Source: Macrostomum lignano (taxonomy: Eukaryota). From it: a DNA stretch of 64,000 nt. The position numbers and the translations under genes were made by a program. The notes below the pieces were generated by a model. It had not been told where the DNA came from and made no database searches. It saw only the letters and a list, made by a program, of their open reading frames with translations. Positions within the stretch are counted from its first letter, which is position 1; each line of letters starts with the position of its first letter. Shown here piece after piece: positions 17,546 to 44,929 of the stretch. The DNA is taken from assembly GCA_002269645.1 (NCBI GenBank), contig NIVC01003871.1:1-64000 (forward strand). The letters run 5' to 3'.

Positions 17546-18291
17546 CCGAGAGGCCATTGTCGTGCAGAGGGACAGTTGAAGTGGACAATCAGATAAGATG
17601 ATAGCGCTAAGTCTAAAAATTTTGACAAAAATTCTAAACTGGACAACTGTACCAGCTCTTACAAGTATTAATTGAAAACTTCTGCCTGTGTAGTTGCTGC
17701 ATGGCAATACGCTCGAGATACCATTTTGGCTTGCCATTGTGTCTGGGTAAAAGGTCTACGCTCGTATGCAATGCAAGACAACAAAATGTTATAAAAGGCT
17801 AGCAAATTTACTCACAAACAGAGCTGCAAGCATATTTTCAGTTAGCAGCAAATGGCATGCGTTCCACTCTAAAAGCTTCTCTCTAGTGTTTTGTCAATCG
17901 AAATATCGACAATAAATTTAGCTGCTCAATTGAGAATTGACTGGCATACTCAACAGGTATACATTTTTCGCAAATCCATTGTTCAATGACGAGAAAGATG
18001 CTGCAGTTGCTTTAATGCTGTTCGGATTCTCTTCGGCTGTATAAGGTCTTCGTGCCTCTGCTTCGTGTTGTCAGCCCTTGGGTGCTGCACTTCGTTATTT
18101 TTGATACTCTAATGCGTAAAAAGTAAGGAAAAGTTACATTGCAACTTCTACTGGTCTATCAAGGGGTCAAGGGCCGGTCGACTGACCCTCCAAGAAAATT
18201 AGGGATCATGAACCCTCTTTTCGTTTGCTCTTTCGTTGTTATATAGTTAAAAGTATCTCAAGCTCGGAGCTTTAACTGAAGGATCCAGGGG

Positions 18292-18667
18292 CCTCGGAAA
18301 CAAGCCTTCCAGACTCACTCCAAAATTAAGCCATTTCCGTAGACTTCGGGGTCTCCCCGCTCTCGGACCGCTTTTCAGTAGTAACCCAAACATTTTCCAA
18401 TTCTTTTTTCGTGCACTCCCGGGACTTGTCCGCTGGGTGGTGGCTTGGGTGGACTCGGTCCTAGCACCGTCCCTGATTCCACAAGTTGGGTTGGCGGTGT
18501 CTTAGTCCACAAGGCTTGGGTTGGCAGATTCCCCTGGCCCAGACGTCAGGGTCCAATCTCGGGGTATCTCGGGCTATATGCCCCTGGTTGTGCACCTCAG
18601 CGGCAGAGCCCCTCCCAGGGCTGATCCGCGGGTAGCTCCCGGCTTCTCACCCCCGTTTAACAACAAC
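18292..18667 (+). mobile_element. ~375-bp segment ending in an (AAC)n tail, flanked by an 18-bp direct repeat
   Basis: AACTGAAGGATCCAGGGG at 18274-18291 and 18668-18685; TTTAACAACAACAAC tail; consistent with a TPRT insertion with TSD. Confidence 0.5.
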
Positions 18668-20680
18668 AACTGAAGGATCCAGGGGGGGGGCCAAGATCAG
18701 GGGTCAGCTGACACCCGGGAAAAAATTCTGGATCAGCCGCTGCAAACCTCATCTTGCATTGTTAGTTAAACTTCAATTGCACGAAAATGGTTTGAAATAT
18801 GCATGCAGAAGCCTGTAACATGTACTTATACTCAGCAACATTGAAAACCGAAATCCCAGAGCATTTGCAGAGCGATTGACTTCAGCTTACTACCACTGCA
18901 AAAAGACACAAGATTTTCCAACTCTCGCTCACTGGGTCTAGTAGGCTGGCTCGTTTTTAATGCTGCTGTCTACTGCATACTTTACACCTGTCACTTAAGC
19001 CTGAAGATTTGCTTTTTCAGATCTGCTTTTAAGGATCTGCTTTTTATCCTTCATCGCATCAATAATGATAAACAAATTGGAAAGCTTCTATCGCACCAGA
19101 TATGGAAATATGAAGCCAATTTTATAATGAGATGTGTTATCGATACTTGTGCGTGTACCTAATTAATTTTCCATGTAAGGTCTTGAAGGTTTACCAAGCG
19201 AAAACAAAAACCATTTCATTTATTGTGCTGTGAAAGAGGAAACAAGTGAAAATTCGGTGTTTTATTAAGCAGACTGTATCCTAGTACTCGGAGTATTTGT
19301 GCGTGTAGGTTGTCGGAATTAATTAAAATATTATCTTTTTCTTCGTTTGCTTTATATTAACAGGTAAAAGGATCAAAATATTTTAAAACAACTGCTAGAA
19401 AAATTAAATTACGTACATTAACCTGTGTTACATGTACTGCCTTCCACATCAACACATGCCCAGCTTGTATGTTTATATACAACAGATGATACGCGGATAT
19501 TTTTTACATGTAATAAGCTGCTCCGATACTTAAACATTCACAGTCATAGAGCTCAATCAATGTGTACGTAAAAGTATAAAATCAAATAATCACTGTACAC
19601 TGTAAGCAAAGTTAATTTTGTATTCTTATTATAATTCATAATGATACGATAATTGAGACAATTCGTAATCTCTCCATTACTCCAATGTTTAATTGATGAG
19701 GTAAGTTTTTTAAAAATCGAATTTTGGGTCTCAAAACTTCGGGTCTCAAGTCTTTGAATTTCCCTCAACTTTTAAGACATGTACACATGTCATGTACAGT
19801 TAAAATTATTTACTTGAAATATATAACATGTTCGTACGCACGTATAGCAGAATAGTACTGAGTCCGCTTCTTATTCCCACCATCGCGATTCACGCCATTG
19901 TTACGGCCCCTTGGCGCATTTTTCGCAGAAAAGTATTACCAATACCGCTAGATATGCCTTTAATAAATGACTCATTCCTTCCACTCATTCTTTTTGCTAG
20001 ATCTTCTGTCCATTCATCACCTTTTGTTTTTTTTCTATTTAATTGCCATTAAGTCGTTAGACGTTTAAAGTTGCTCGTCTTTTTTTCTTTTTTTTAGGCT
20101 TTCATATAACATATCTTTTACAATAATCGCCAAATCTTTACATAAATTTCACGCAATGCTTGTCTTTATTAATTCCTTATTTTTCTTGCTTCGTTAGTCG
20201 TTAAAGCTTGTTCAAAGTTTCGTTAATAACATTTACGCGCTCTTTCAAATACTATATTGCAAAATTCGTTAATCGTACTTAAATAACTCATGCATAAATA
20301 TTGCCTTTTCTTGAATTATTCTTCTTGAATAATTCTTCCTGAATTATTTTTCTTGAAATATTCTTGAATTATTCCTAAATACACTAAAATATATTGGCCA
20401 AACAGGCTTCTTGCCTGAGCCAAACTTACTTACTTACTACTTCTAGTTATTTAGGTGTTTGTTAAAGATAATACTACCGAACAGACAATCCTCAGTTTCT
20501 GTCATCCGGTTTTACAACGAATTATTAGTTAGAACAAAAATACAGTTATAGTATTATTATATTTAGCCAATGTAAGTAAAGAAGAATTAAGCTCACTTTA
20601 AATTAACTTCTTTAAACTAAGTAGCTCAGCTTACTTAGCTTCTCACTCATTTAGTTAACAATGTTTGCAAAATTTCAACT

Positions 20681-20826
20681 TATATAAGCGCGCTGTTTAT
20701 CGCACGCACGCCGTCCTCCACTATCTATTATAGTTCACGATTGGTCAAAGGTCTTAACTTCACTATTTTAAGACTCACATAACTACATAACTGCATTGTC
20801 AAAAAACATTTTACTATCCCGTAAGT
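20681..20826 (+). promoter_or_regulatory. Candidate TATA box and non-coding first exon of the SLC7 gene
   Basis: TATATAA at 20681-20687, strong donor CC|GTAAGT at 20821, and an acceptor TTTTTTAG at 21277 just before the ATG at 21288. Confidence 0.4.
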
Positions 20827-21287
20827 ATTCAAAACATGCTTATTATGCATTGCGTTATTATTATAACTGTCTAAAAATGATTCTCGTTTTTAATAAATTA
20901 TGAACTGTTCTTGATTAAAGATTAATATTTTTCTTAGTCATACTAAGTTATTAATTTTCTCATTTTCCTTTGTATAACACAAAAATCTAATTTTATCTGG
21001 CAGGGATAAAAAATCTTTGTTATTGTTTTTAGTTTTCAATTATTTTTAGAATTCAGTTTCTTAACTTTCTTATTAATTTAGACTTAAGAATTAAAACTTA
21101 TGATTTAAGTAAATTCTTGTTAAAATAAAAAGCCTAAAATTAGTTTCAATTTTTAGATTAAAGTAATCAACTGAATGATTTTTCTGTTAAAAAATCTTTT
21201 GAACCATTTATATACTATTTATTAATTTATTTACAAATAAATATGCTAAATTATTGCCATTAATCTTATTTTTTTAGGCAAAGTTAA

Positions 21288-36321
<15,034 letters not shown>

Positions 36322-36830
36322 ACGGGTTGCTGGACTGGAGAGAGTGGATTGCTAGACTGGGGAGAGTGGATTGCTAGACTGGGAAGAGTGGATTGCTAGA
36401 CTGGGAAGTGTCATTATTGATCCTGCTCGTGACCTCGTTTTATCCTATCAGCAGGTCAAATGTTTAAGCCACTGAATTGCATGCTAAAAATGGTAGGCCC
36501 GCATTATTTAAGCCATGCTTTGTTCTACTCTGGCCAAAAAGCCAATATAGTTGTTTGTTGTGTCAATAGTGGCTCTATATTTATTTACATGATATTAATT
36601 TTATCTTTATCCGTGGCACCTGCTGCCTAATGCAATTGCTTAACAGTTATGCTTTTGGAAAAAAGGAATGAACCAAGCCTTTTGCTCTTGCCTTCATGCA
36701 GCTTTTTCGTATTTTTCCTTGGCAAAGGTAGTTTTCCCTATCTCCTCCTCTAGAAGAGGTAGATCTCCTCTTCTCTCGCTTTCTGTCTAATTCAATCAAA
36801 TGAACTGTCTTCTTAAGCACCTCTATAACA

Positions 36831-37277
36831 CACAGATACCAGAATAACTAGATGGGCCACTCAGCACGTTTGCGTGCAAACTACTTTCAGTTCAGTAGTT
36901 AAACAGAAGCATTTTAATTTATTTTTAAAGTCAAGAGTCATTTATTGGCTCTTACCCCCAAGCTTAAACCCTCCAAACCGTGCCTTTCCACACTACCCCC
37001 CGCCCCACCCCAAGTTTTATTGCCTTTCTCGGAATTCCAGCCTAAAGCTGCCATGTACATTTCCATGGACTGGCTAATGTACATTATTGCTGAACCAATT
37101 AGCAAGTTGTTTACCGCCTTGAAGCTTGGGCTTCTAAACTTTTCAAAGTCGTTTCAGCTGCCTTTATTTTTATGAAATAGCTTATGTATTCTTCTTTGCT
37201 ACTGAACTGGAAGCAGAAAGCTGTTTTATTAAGTATATGTGCCTGAGTGGCCCATCTAGGTTATTTTAGTATTTGTG
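36831..37277. mobile_element. MITE family A copy 2, inverted relative to 13057-13500, in the probable SLC7 3' UTR
   Basis: TIRs CACAGATACCAGAATAACTAGATGGGCCACTCAG / CTGAGTGGCCCATCTAGGTTATTTTAGTATTTGTG; body colinear with the reverse complement of copy 1. Confidence 0.85.
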
Positions 37278-38194
37278 CTATAGCATTGATATCGCATCAG
37301 TGGTGTTTTTACAACAATACAAAACAAACCAAACAATTTGTTTTTACAAAACAAATCTATCGATACATATCGGCAGTTTTAAACAAGTCGATATAGAGCG
37401 CAAAAAATGACTTGGTTTGCGAGGGTTGCTAGCTTATACTAAACTGGCTATGCTTAATTAAGCTTATTTTAGGCTTCTTCACTTTTATCTTGATCCCTCT
37501 TTTACTACTACATGGCTATCTAAGTAGTATTGCTTGAAAATTGTGCTTAAATCAATGCAAACAGTAGTATATCTATGTCTCCCACAAAACTGCAGCTATA
37601 TAACTAACTTTTTCTCTCAGATCCTTGTACACAATAAAATCAATAAATGCCCGCTTTGTTAGGGCTGCTTTCTGTGTGCTGTTTAATCTGTTTTTAATTT
37701 ATTCAATGCACGATGTTTTTGTTTTCCCTGATTGTTCACATTATGCTGGTTTGTGATTGTGAATTATTGTACAAGCTGAACTTTTGTTATTTGGCAGTTA
37801 ATATTATTACTATTCGTAAAACTCTAATATATTTGAACTTTATATTAGTTGTCGGCCGTTGTCTGCCTTTACAATGCAAATTTAATTTTTTTGTCATGCT
37901 AATTGAACGCCCCGAACACAATATTACGCTCGTATATGTGTGTAGTTGCTATGGTAATTTGTTTGCGTATGATTTTTCTGCTTTTTTAGTGTTGCTTGAT
38001 TGTTGGCTTTTTTCCTTTTTCCTGCAGCAGTTTCCCCAACAATTCTTACCTATTGTTGTTTTTTGTGTACTTTTAGCTTTTTGGCCCAGATTGTACTTTT
38101 TGTGTCTCTTTTAGCCTATTTTTTCCAGGATTTTCGGTATGAAAAAGGAAATCAATCAATCGTTCGTTTTTCAGCTTAGGTTTTCAGTACAAAA

Positions 38195-38410
38195 AATTTG
38201 ATCACGTGATTGGGACCAGGCCTTGCTGCAATTGGACCGCGGATTGCCACACTGGGGTAGGAGTTTTTTGGGTGAGGCGCTGGGGCGTGCAATATTTGAT
38301 CACGTGATTGGGGCCAGGCCTTGCTGCAATTGGACCGTGGATTGTCACACTGGGGTAAGAGTTTTTGGGGTGGGGCGCTGCGGCGTGCAATATTTGATCA
38401 CGTGATGTAA
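38195..38410. repeat. ~100-bp direct repeat, 2 full copies plus a partial third, each starting TTTGATCACGTGAT
   Basis: Directly visible. Confidence 0.85.
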
Positions 38411-38811
38411 GTCGGGCCGCTGCAATTGGTCCGCGGTGTTTGGCAGCGGGTTATAGTCTGGCTCAAGGTCTGAGGGCTGTCATGTACGCAGCGTATAAAT
38501 TTTATGCTAATATATTACTGCTTTTACAAAGCTTTGCAATTGCAAATTCTGAACGGAAAAATTAGCTCCGTGTTTTCTGTGTCTCATTGTCAAAACTATT
38601 TTTTGTTTTATTAAAACTTTGACTTTTTGACTTAATTATTCAATCATATCTACTTTTAATCGAAAAATTATAATAAACGCCAAATCCCCTACGCTAATTT
38701 GCCTGCAGCTTCCTAAATTCTGCGATTCAGGCTTGAAAGTGTGTCTGAGGAAAAATTGAATGAAGTTTTGGCTTGCTTTTTTGTTGCTTTTGTCAAATTG
38801 CATAAGTGCTT

Positions 38812-40792
38812 GACAGAACTACCGACTGGGGAACTCCCCTTCCTTAACAAATCCGTGTTTATCTGACAGAACTACCGACGGGAATTCCCCCTCCTTAACA
38901 AATCCGTGTTTATCTGACAGAACTACCGACTGTGAGAATTCCCCTTCCTTAATAAATCCGTGTTTATCTGACAGAACTACCGACTGGGGGAATTCCCCTT
39001 CCTTAATAAATCCGTGTTTATCTGACAGAACTACCGACTGTGAGAATTCCCCTTCCTTAACAAATCCGTGTTTATCTGACAGAACTACCGACTGTGAGAA
39101 TTCCCCTTCCTTAATAAATCCGTGTTTATCTGACAGAACTACCGACTGGGGGAATTCCCCTTCCTTAATAAATCCGTGTTTATCTGACAGAACTACGAAC
39201 TGGGGAATTCCTCTTCCTTAACAAATCCGTGTTTATCTGACAGAACTACCGACTGTGAGAATTCCCCTTCCTTAATAAATCCGTTTTTATCTGACAGAAC
39301 TACCGACTGTGAGAATTCCCCTTCCTTAATAAATCCGTGTTTATCTGACAGAACTACGAACTGGGGAATTCCTCTTCCTTAACAAATCCGTGTTTATCTG
39401 ACAGAACTACCGACTGGGAATTCCCCTTCGTTAACAAATCCGTTTATCAGACAGAACTACCGACTGGGAATTCCCCTTCCTTAACAAATCCGTGTTTATC
39501 TGACAGAACTACCGACTGTGAGAATTCCCCTTCCTTAACAAATCCGTGTTTATCTGACAGAACTACCGACTGGGGGAATTCCTCTTCCTTAATAAATCCG
39601 TGTTTATCTGACAGAACTACCGACTGGGGGAATTCCCCTTCCTTAACAAATCCGTGTTTATCTGACAGAACTACCGACTGGGGGAATTCCCCTTCCTTAA
39701 CAAATCCGTGTTTATCTGACAGAACTACCGACTGTGAGAATTCCCCTTCCTTAATAAATCCGTGTTTATCTGACAGAACTACCGACTGTGAGAATTCCCC
39801 TTCCTTAACAAATCCGTGTTTATCTGACAGAACTACGAACTGGGGAATTCCTCTTCCTTAACAAATCCGTGTTTATCTGACAGAACTACCGACTGTGAGA
39901 ATTCCCCTTCCTTAACAAATCCGTGTTTATCTGACAGAACTACCGACTGTGAGAATTCCCCTTCCTTAACAAATCCGTGTTTATCTGACAGAACTACCGA
40001 CTGTGAGAATTCCCCTTCCTTAACAAATCCGTGTTTATCTGACAGAACTACGAACTGGGGAATTCCTCTTCCTTAATAAATCCGTTTTTATCTGACAGAA
40101 CTACGAACTGGGGAATTCCTCTTCCTTAATAAATCCGTGTTTATCTGACAGAACTACGAACTGGGGAATTCCTCTTCCTTAATAAATCCGTTTTTATCTG
40201 ACAGAACTACGAACTGGGGAATTCCCCTTCCTTAACAAATCCGTGTTTATCTGACAGAAACTACCGACTGTGAGAATTCCCCTTCCTTAATAAATCCGTG
40301 TTTATCTGACAGAACTACCGACTGTGAGAATTCCCCTTCCTTAATAAATCCGTTTTTATCTGACAGAACTACCGACTGGGGGAATTCCCCTTCCTTAATA
40401 AATCCGTGTTTATCTGACAGAACTACGAACTGGGGAATTCCTCTTCCTTAACAAATCCGTGTTTATCTGACAGAACTACCGACTGGGAATTCCCCTTCGT
40501 TAACAAATCCGTTTATCAGACAGAACTACCGACTGGGAATTCCCCTTCGTTAACAAATCCGTTTATCTGACAGAACTACCGACTGGGAATTCCCCTTCGT
40601 TAACAAATCCGTTTATCTGACAGAACTACCGACTGGGAATTCCCCTTCGTTAACAAATCCGTTTATCTGACAGAACTACCGACCGGGAATTCCCCTTCGT
40701 TAACAAATCCGTTTATCTGACAGAACTACCGACTGGGAATTCCCCTTCGTTAACAAATCCGTTTATCTGACAGAACTACCGACCGGGAATTC
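38812..40792. repeat. 54-bp satellite (CTGACAGAACTACCGACTGTGAGAATTCCCCTTCCTTAACAAATCCGTGTTTAT), ~38 copies, 50-bp variant at the right end
   Basis: Directly visible; no unique spacers. Confidence 0.97.
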
Positions 40793-41219
40793 CCTAACCC
40801 CCTCATTGGACAAGCCCCGCACTATTATTTTACATTTGATATCTTGAAAGGCATTCCGTTTTTGAACTGAATCTGGCCCATTGCCAAGTCATGAATGTCT
40901 GTCTGTGTGGTGGCGGTACTGACCGGCTTTAAGTAATCGTTATTTTTATGGGTACGTTAGACTGCTGCTGTAGCTTACATGCTTAGTTTCTAGGGTGCCG
41001 TGCAATTGACTGCTGACTGGCTTTGGATTAACCAACTTCGTACGTATTTGAAGCAGCTGCTTTATACAGTGTTAGACAGTGAAAGGAATTGCAGATGGTG
41101 GCCGTCGTCTGATTCTCACGCCAACCTTAACTGGACTCGATTCAGTAGTGCCACGGCCGCACACTTTGAATGGACCGCAGTGTACGGAATCCGGATGTTT
41201 GTTTGCTTGGTCTGGTACC

Positions 41220-42168
41220 TTCACACACATTCACATACATGTTCATGCACACATTCACATACACATTCACATACACATTCACATACACATTCATGCACAC
41301 ATTCACATACACATTCATGTACACATTCACATACAAATTTATGCACACATTCACATACACATTCATGCACACATTCACATACACATTCACACACACATTC
41401 ATTCACAAATTCACATACACATTCACATACACATTCACATACACATTCATGCACACATTCACATACACATTCACACACACATTCACATACACATTCACAT
41501 ACACATTCACATACACATTCATGCACACATTCACATACACATTCACACACATTCACATACACATTCACATACACATTCACATACACATTCACATACACAT
41601 TCATGCACACATTCACATACACATTCATGTACACATTCACATACACATCCATGCACACATTCACATACACATTCATGCACACATTCACATACACATTCAT
41701 GCACACATTCACATACACATTCATGCACACATTCACATACACATTCATGCACACATTCACATACACATTCATGCACACATTCACATACACATTCACACAC
41801 ACACATTCATTCACAAATTCACATACACATTCATGCACACATTCACATACACATTCACACACACATTCACATACATGTTCATGCACACATTCACATACAC
41901 ATTCACATACACATTCACATACACATTCATGCACACATTCACATACACATTCATGTACACATTCACATACACATTCACACACACATTCACATACATGTTC
42001 ATGCACACATTCACATACACATTCACAAACACATTCACATACACATTCATGCACACATTCACATACACATTCATGCACACATTCACATACACATTCACAC
42101 ACACATTCACACACAAGTTCACATACACATTCACACACAAATTCACATACACATTCATACACACGCAC
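41220..42168. repeat. 12-bp tandem repeat (CACATTCACATA / CACATTCATGCA)
   Basis: Directly visible. Confidence 0.96.
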
Positions 42169-42255
42169 ACACCGTATTGCAGTCCTTGGCATGCCACCAG
42201 TCGACTATCGCTTTGATTTTCCCGAATCCAACCTGCTAAATAATAACTATTAATA

Positions 42256-42692
42256 CTGAGGTGAACCAAAAGTCCGTGCGCTTTTTGTATGCACATTTTT
42301 AGGCGCTTATTATTTCTCTCATGAACAACATACATAATCAAGTGACGTCTCATTCGAAAGAGCATATTTTGCCGAACCAAACCACGCATGTTTTAATTCT
42401 GGTAAATATTTCCAGCCACTGTCAGCTCTACTGAAATGAGTGCTACCAGTCGCGATAATCTCGCTATTCTGCGACATTACTGGAAGCTCGGCTTCACAGC
42501 AACGGACGCAGCTCAAAAGATTCGCGAAACTGAAGGGCAGGATGCCCTTCAGGACAGAACAGCACAGAAGTGGTACCAGCGCTTTTCGAGTGGCGACACG
42601 AGCCTCGAAGTTCGGCCACGTTCTGGTCGACCTACCGACCTATTCTGTCTATTTTAAGTCAGAAAAACGCACGAACTTTTGGTTCACCCTAA
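42256..42692 (+). mobile_element. Internally deleted mariner element with ~30-bp TIRs and TA TSD
   Basis: TA|CTGAGGTGAACCAAAAGTCCGTGCGCTTTTT ... AAAAACGCACGAACTTTTGGTTCACCCTAA|TA; ORF 42436 MSATSRDNLAILRHYWKLGFTATDAAQKIRETEGQDALQDRTAQKWYQRFSSGDTSLEVRPRSGRP is the Mos1-type N-terminal HTH; no catalytic domain. Confidence 0.9.
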
Positions 42693-43137
42693 TAATAAGT
42701 CGCAGTTATAGAATCAGTCCACTGCCAGCTTATTGTTCTCTATTCGCTGGCTCCAAGAGACCGCCAGATGAGTCAGACAGCTAAACTTAGGTCTTGAATC
42801 ATGACAAGGAGGGCTGGGCTACAGCTAGCTGATCTGCTGTAACAGGCTGGGCTTTTGTCTGGCCGCAGCAACGCAGCTGTGGTGATTTAGGCTGACGACT
42901 CTCTGGGCGGGACCTCTAGAGGGCGCAGCTACTAAATCCCTTGTCCACCTGTTAATACTGTAAACAGAGCTAGCGCTAGAGGCCACAGCTTTGTCTTATG
43001 CGGTCCGCTCAGCCAAGAAGACCCAGAACCAGAACCTGGAGCAGCCATTCGTCCCAGCAGCTCCATTTTCTGTCTGACTGCAGTTGTTCAGTTTAAAAAC
43101 ACAAAAACACGAATTTCTGAGTCATTATTTGGTTACC

Positions 43138-43466
43138 GGGGGTTGTAGCCTAATGGTTAGAACGTCGAACTCACGACAGAAAGGTCGGGGGTTCGATTCT
43201 CGCCCCACTCGGAACAGTTTGTGTCCTTGAGCACGACACTTAACTCTGCATTGCTTCAGCTCACTCAGTTGTAAAATGGGCACCAGCATTAGCTGGGGTA
43301 ATTGAGGCTGTGTGTGTGCATGGCGACCCCGGCCAGTCCTTGGACTGAACAGCCGTACGCAGCCTTCAGATGCTCCGCGCAATAGCTGCGGCTGAGCTGT
43401 CGGTTGCACATCTGGCCATTGGGGCAGGTGTAATCAATTATGATTATAATTATGATTATTATTATT
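43138..43466 (+). mobile_element. tRNA-derived SINE with CORE/Meta-like central domain and (ATT)n/(ATTATG)n tail
   Basis: A box TAGCCTAATGGTTAG, B box GTTCGATTC, then TGTGTCCTTGAGCACGACACTTAACTCT...GTTGTAAAATGGGCACC resembling the conserved CORE/Meta SINE domain; AT-rich tail. Confidence 0.82.
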
Positions 43467-43974
43467 GGTTAAACCTCAATTAAAGCCTCAAAAGTTTTGA
43501 ATTAGTTAAACTTCGCTCTAGAATACGGTTAATTTTTCAACATTAAAATGACACCCAGTTTTACCTTGCTAAGCTTGCATGGTGTCTAAAAATAGGGTTG
43601 GGGGTTGGGGAAGAGTTTCCCACTCCAGATTCTCGTTCAAGACTTTCTTGGCTGAGCCTCTTTGTGTTTCTTCTGGGGGGCGCCAGCACCGGGTAAAAAC
43701 AGCTATGGAAAATTAGGGGGGGGGGTCCAGACCTCTACGGTTTTCCTTATCGTATTGTGAAGGCATTTGCGCTTGGTTCTGCAGTGCTAGGCGGGGCGGC
43801 ATGAGGTCAGTCGCACTCTCCATAATTGTCTGTTTGAGCAGAGCTGGAGTCATGGCCCCCCGGGCCTAGCCTAATAGGATTATTTATGGCATTAGTGAGT
43901 TGTTTCGCTAGAGTGACTCCAGCAAATTGAGCATTTTGGAATCGCCTGTAATTGTCTTATACTGACTCGAATGC

Positions 43975-44476
43975 ACCCCTGAGCAGCTCCTCTGAATCCC
44001 TCTGAGCAGCTCCCCCTGAGCAGCTTTCCCTGAGCAAGTTCCCCCTGAGCAGCTCCCCCTGAGCAGCTCCCCGTTGAGCAGCTCCCCCTGAGCAGCTCCC
44101 CCTGAGCGGCTCACCCTCAGCAGCCTCCCCGTTGAGCAGCTCCCCCTGAGCAGCCCCCCCCCCCCCTGAGCAGCGCCCCCTGAGCAGCCCCCCCCTGAGC
44201 AGCTCCCCCTGAGCAGCCCCCCCCCTGAGCAGCGCCCCCTGAGCAGCGCCCCCTGAGCAGCCCCCCTGAGCAGCGCCCCCTGAGCAGCCCCCCCTGAGCA
44301 GCGCCCCCTGAGCAGCCCCCCTGAGCAGCTCCCCCTGAGCAGCCCCCTGAGCAGCGCCCCCTGAGCAGCGCCCCCTGAGCAGCCCCTCCCCTGAGCAGCT
44401 CCCCTGAGCAGCTCCCCCTGAGCAGCTCCCCCTGAGCAGCCCCCCCCCTGAGCAGCGCCCCCTGAGCAGCGCCCCA
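43975..44476. repeat. 14-16-bp C-rich tandem repeat (CTGAGCAGCCCCCC / CTGAGCAGCTCCCC)
   Basis: Directly visible. Confidence 0.95.
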
Positions 44477-44537
44477 GATCTGAACAGTCCAACATGGGTT
44501 GCAGTATGGTGCTTTTACGATTTCTTTAAATTGAAGT

Positions 44538-44911
44538 TGACTCAAGGACTCTGTGACTCAGTCTATATAAATAGAAAACCCCCAGCCATGAAGGTCCCGT
44601 ATTCAATTCGTGCTTGCACTTCAGCTGTCATAGCTTAATAGTGCCAACATTCGTAGGAGTAACTACTGAGCTTTTGTCAATTGTGAGCCAGGTTTCAGCT
44701 TCTAGCTGTCACAGCTCTTATTGGTTTGGGCGTGGAGCAGCCAATGGGTGCAGTTTGTCTGGTTTCAGTATAGCGGTACCTTAGTTTTAGACTGTGCAAG
44801 TAGTTAAGAAATAGAGACAATTGATCTTTTACTGTTGAGTTGATTTTACTGTTGGGTCAAATTTTCCTGAAGTTCTGGTAAGAATATTTCAAGGCATTTC
44901 GTTAGGTGAGT
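44538..44911 (+). promoter_or_regulatory. Candidate promoter and non-coding exon for the protocadherin: two TGACTCA sites, TATATAAA, donor AG|GTGAGT at 44906
   Basis: TGACTCA at 44538-44544 and 44554-44560; TATATAAA at 44564-44571; acceptor CCACAG at 47653 just before ATG 47667. Linkage is inference. Confidence 0.3.
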
Positions 44912-44929
44912 TCTATCTTGATTTTTAAT

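Noticed and set aside
19990-20290. Minus-strand frame broken only by TAA/TAG, hinting at a ciliate-type code or a viral insert
   Set aside because: About 7 stops per 100 codons, mostly TAA, is what random AT-rich DNA gives; no recognisable domain.
38812-40792. CRISPR-like appearance of the 54-bp array (also the 41- and 39-bp arrays)
   Set aside because: Units are contiguous with no unique spacers, there are no cas genes, and the context is eukaryotic.
43138-43212. Functional tRNA gene
   Set aside because: A and B boxes are present but acceptor and anticodon stems do not pair, and it continues into a SINE body.
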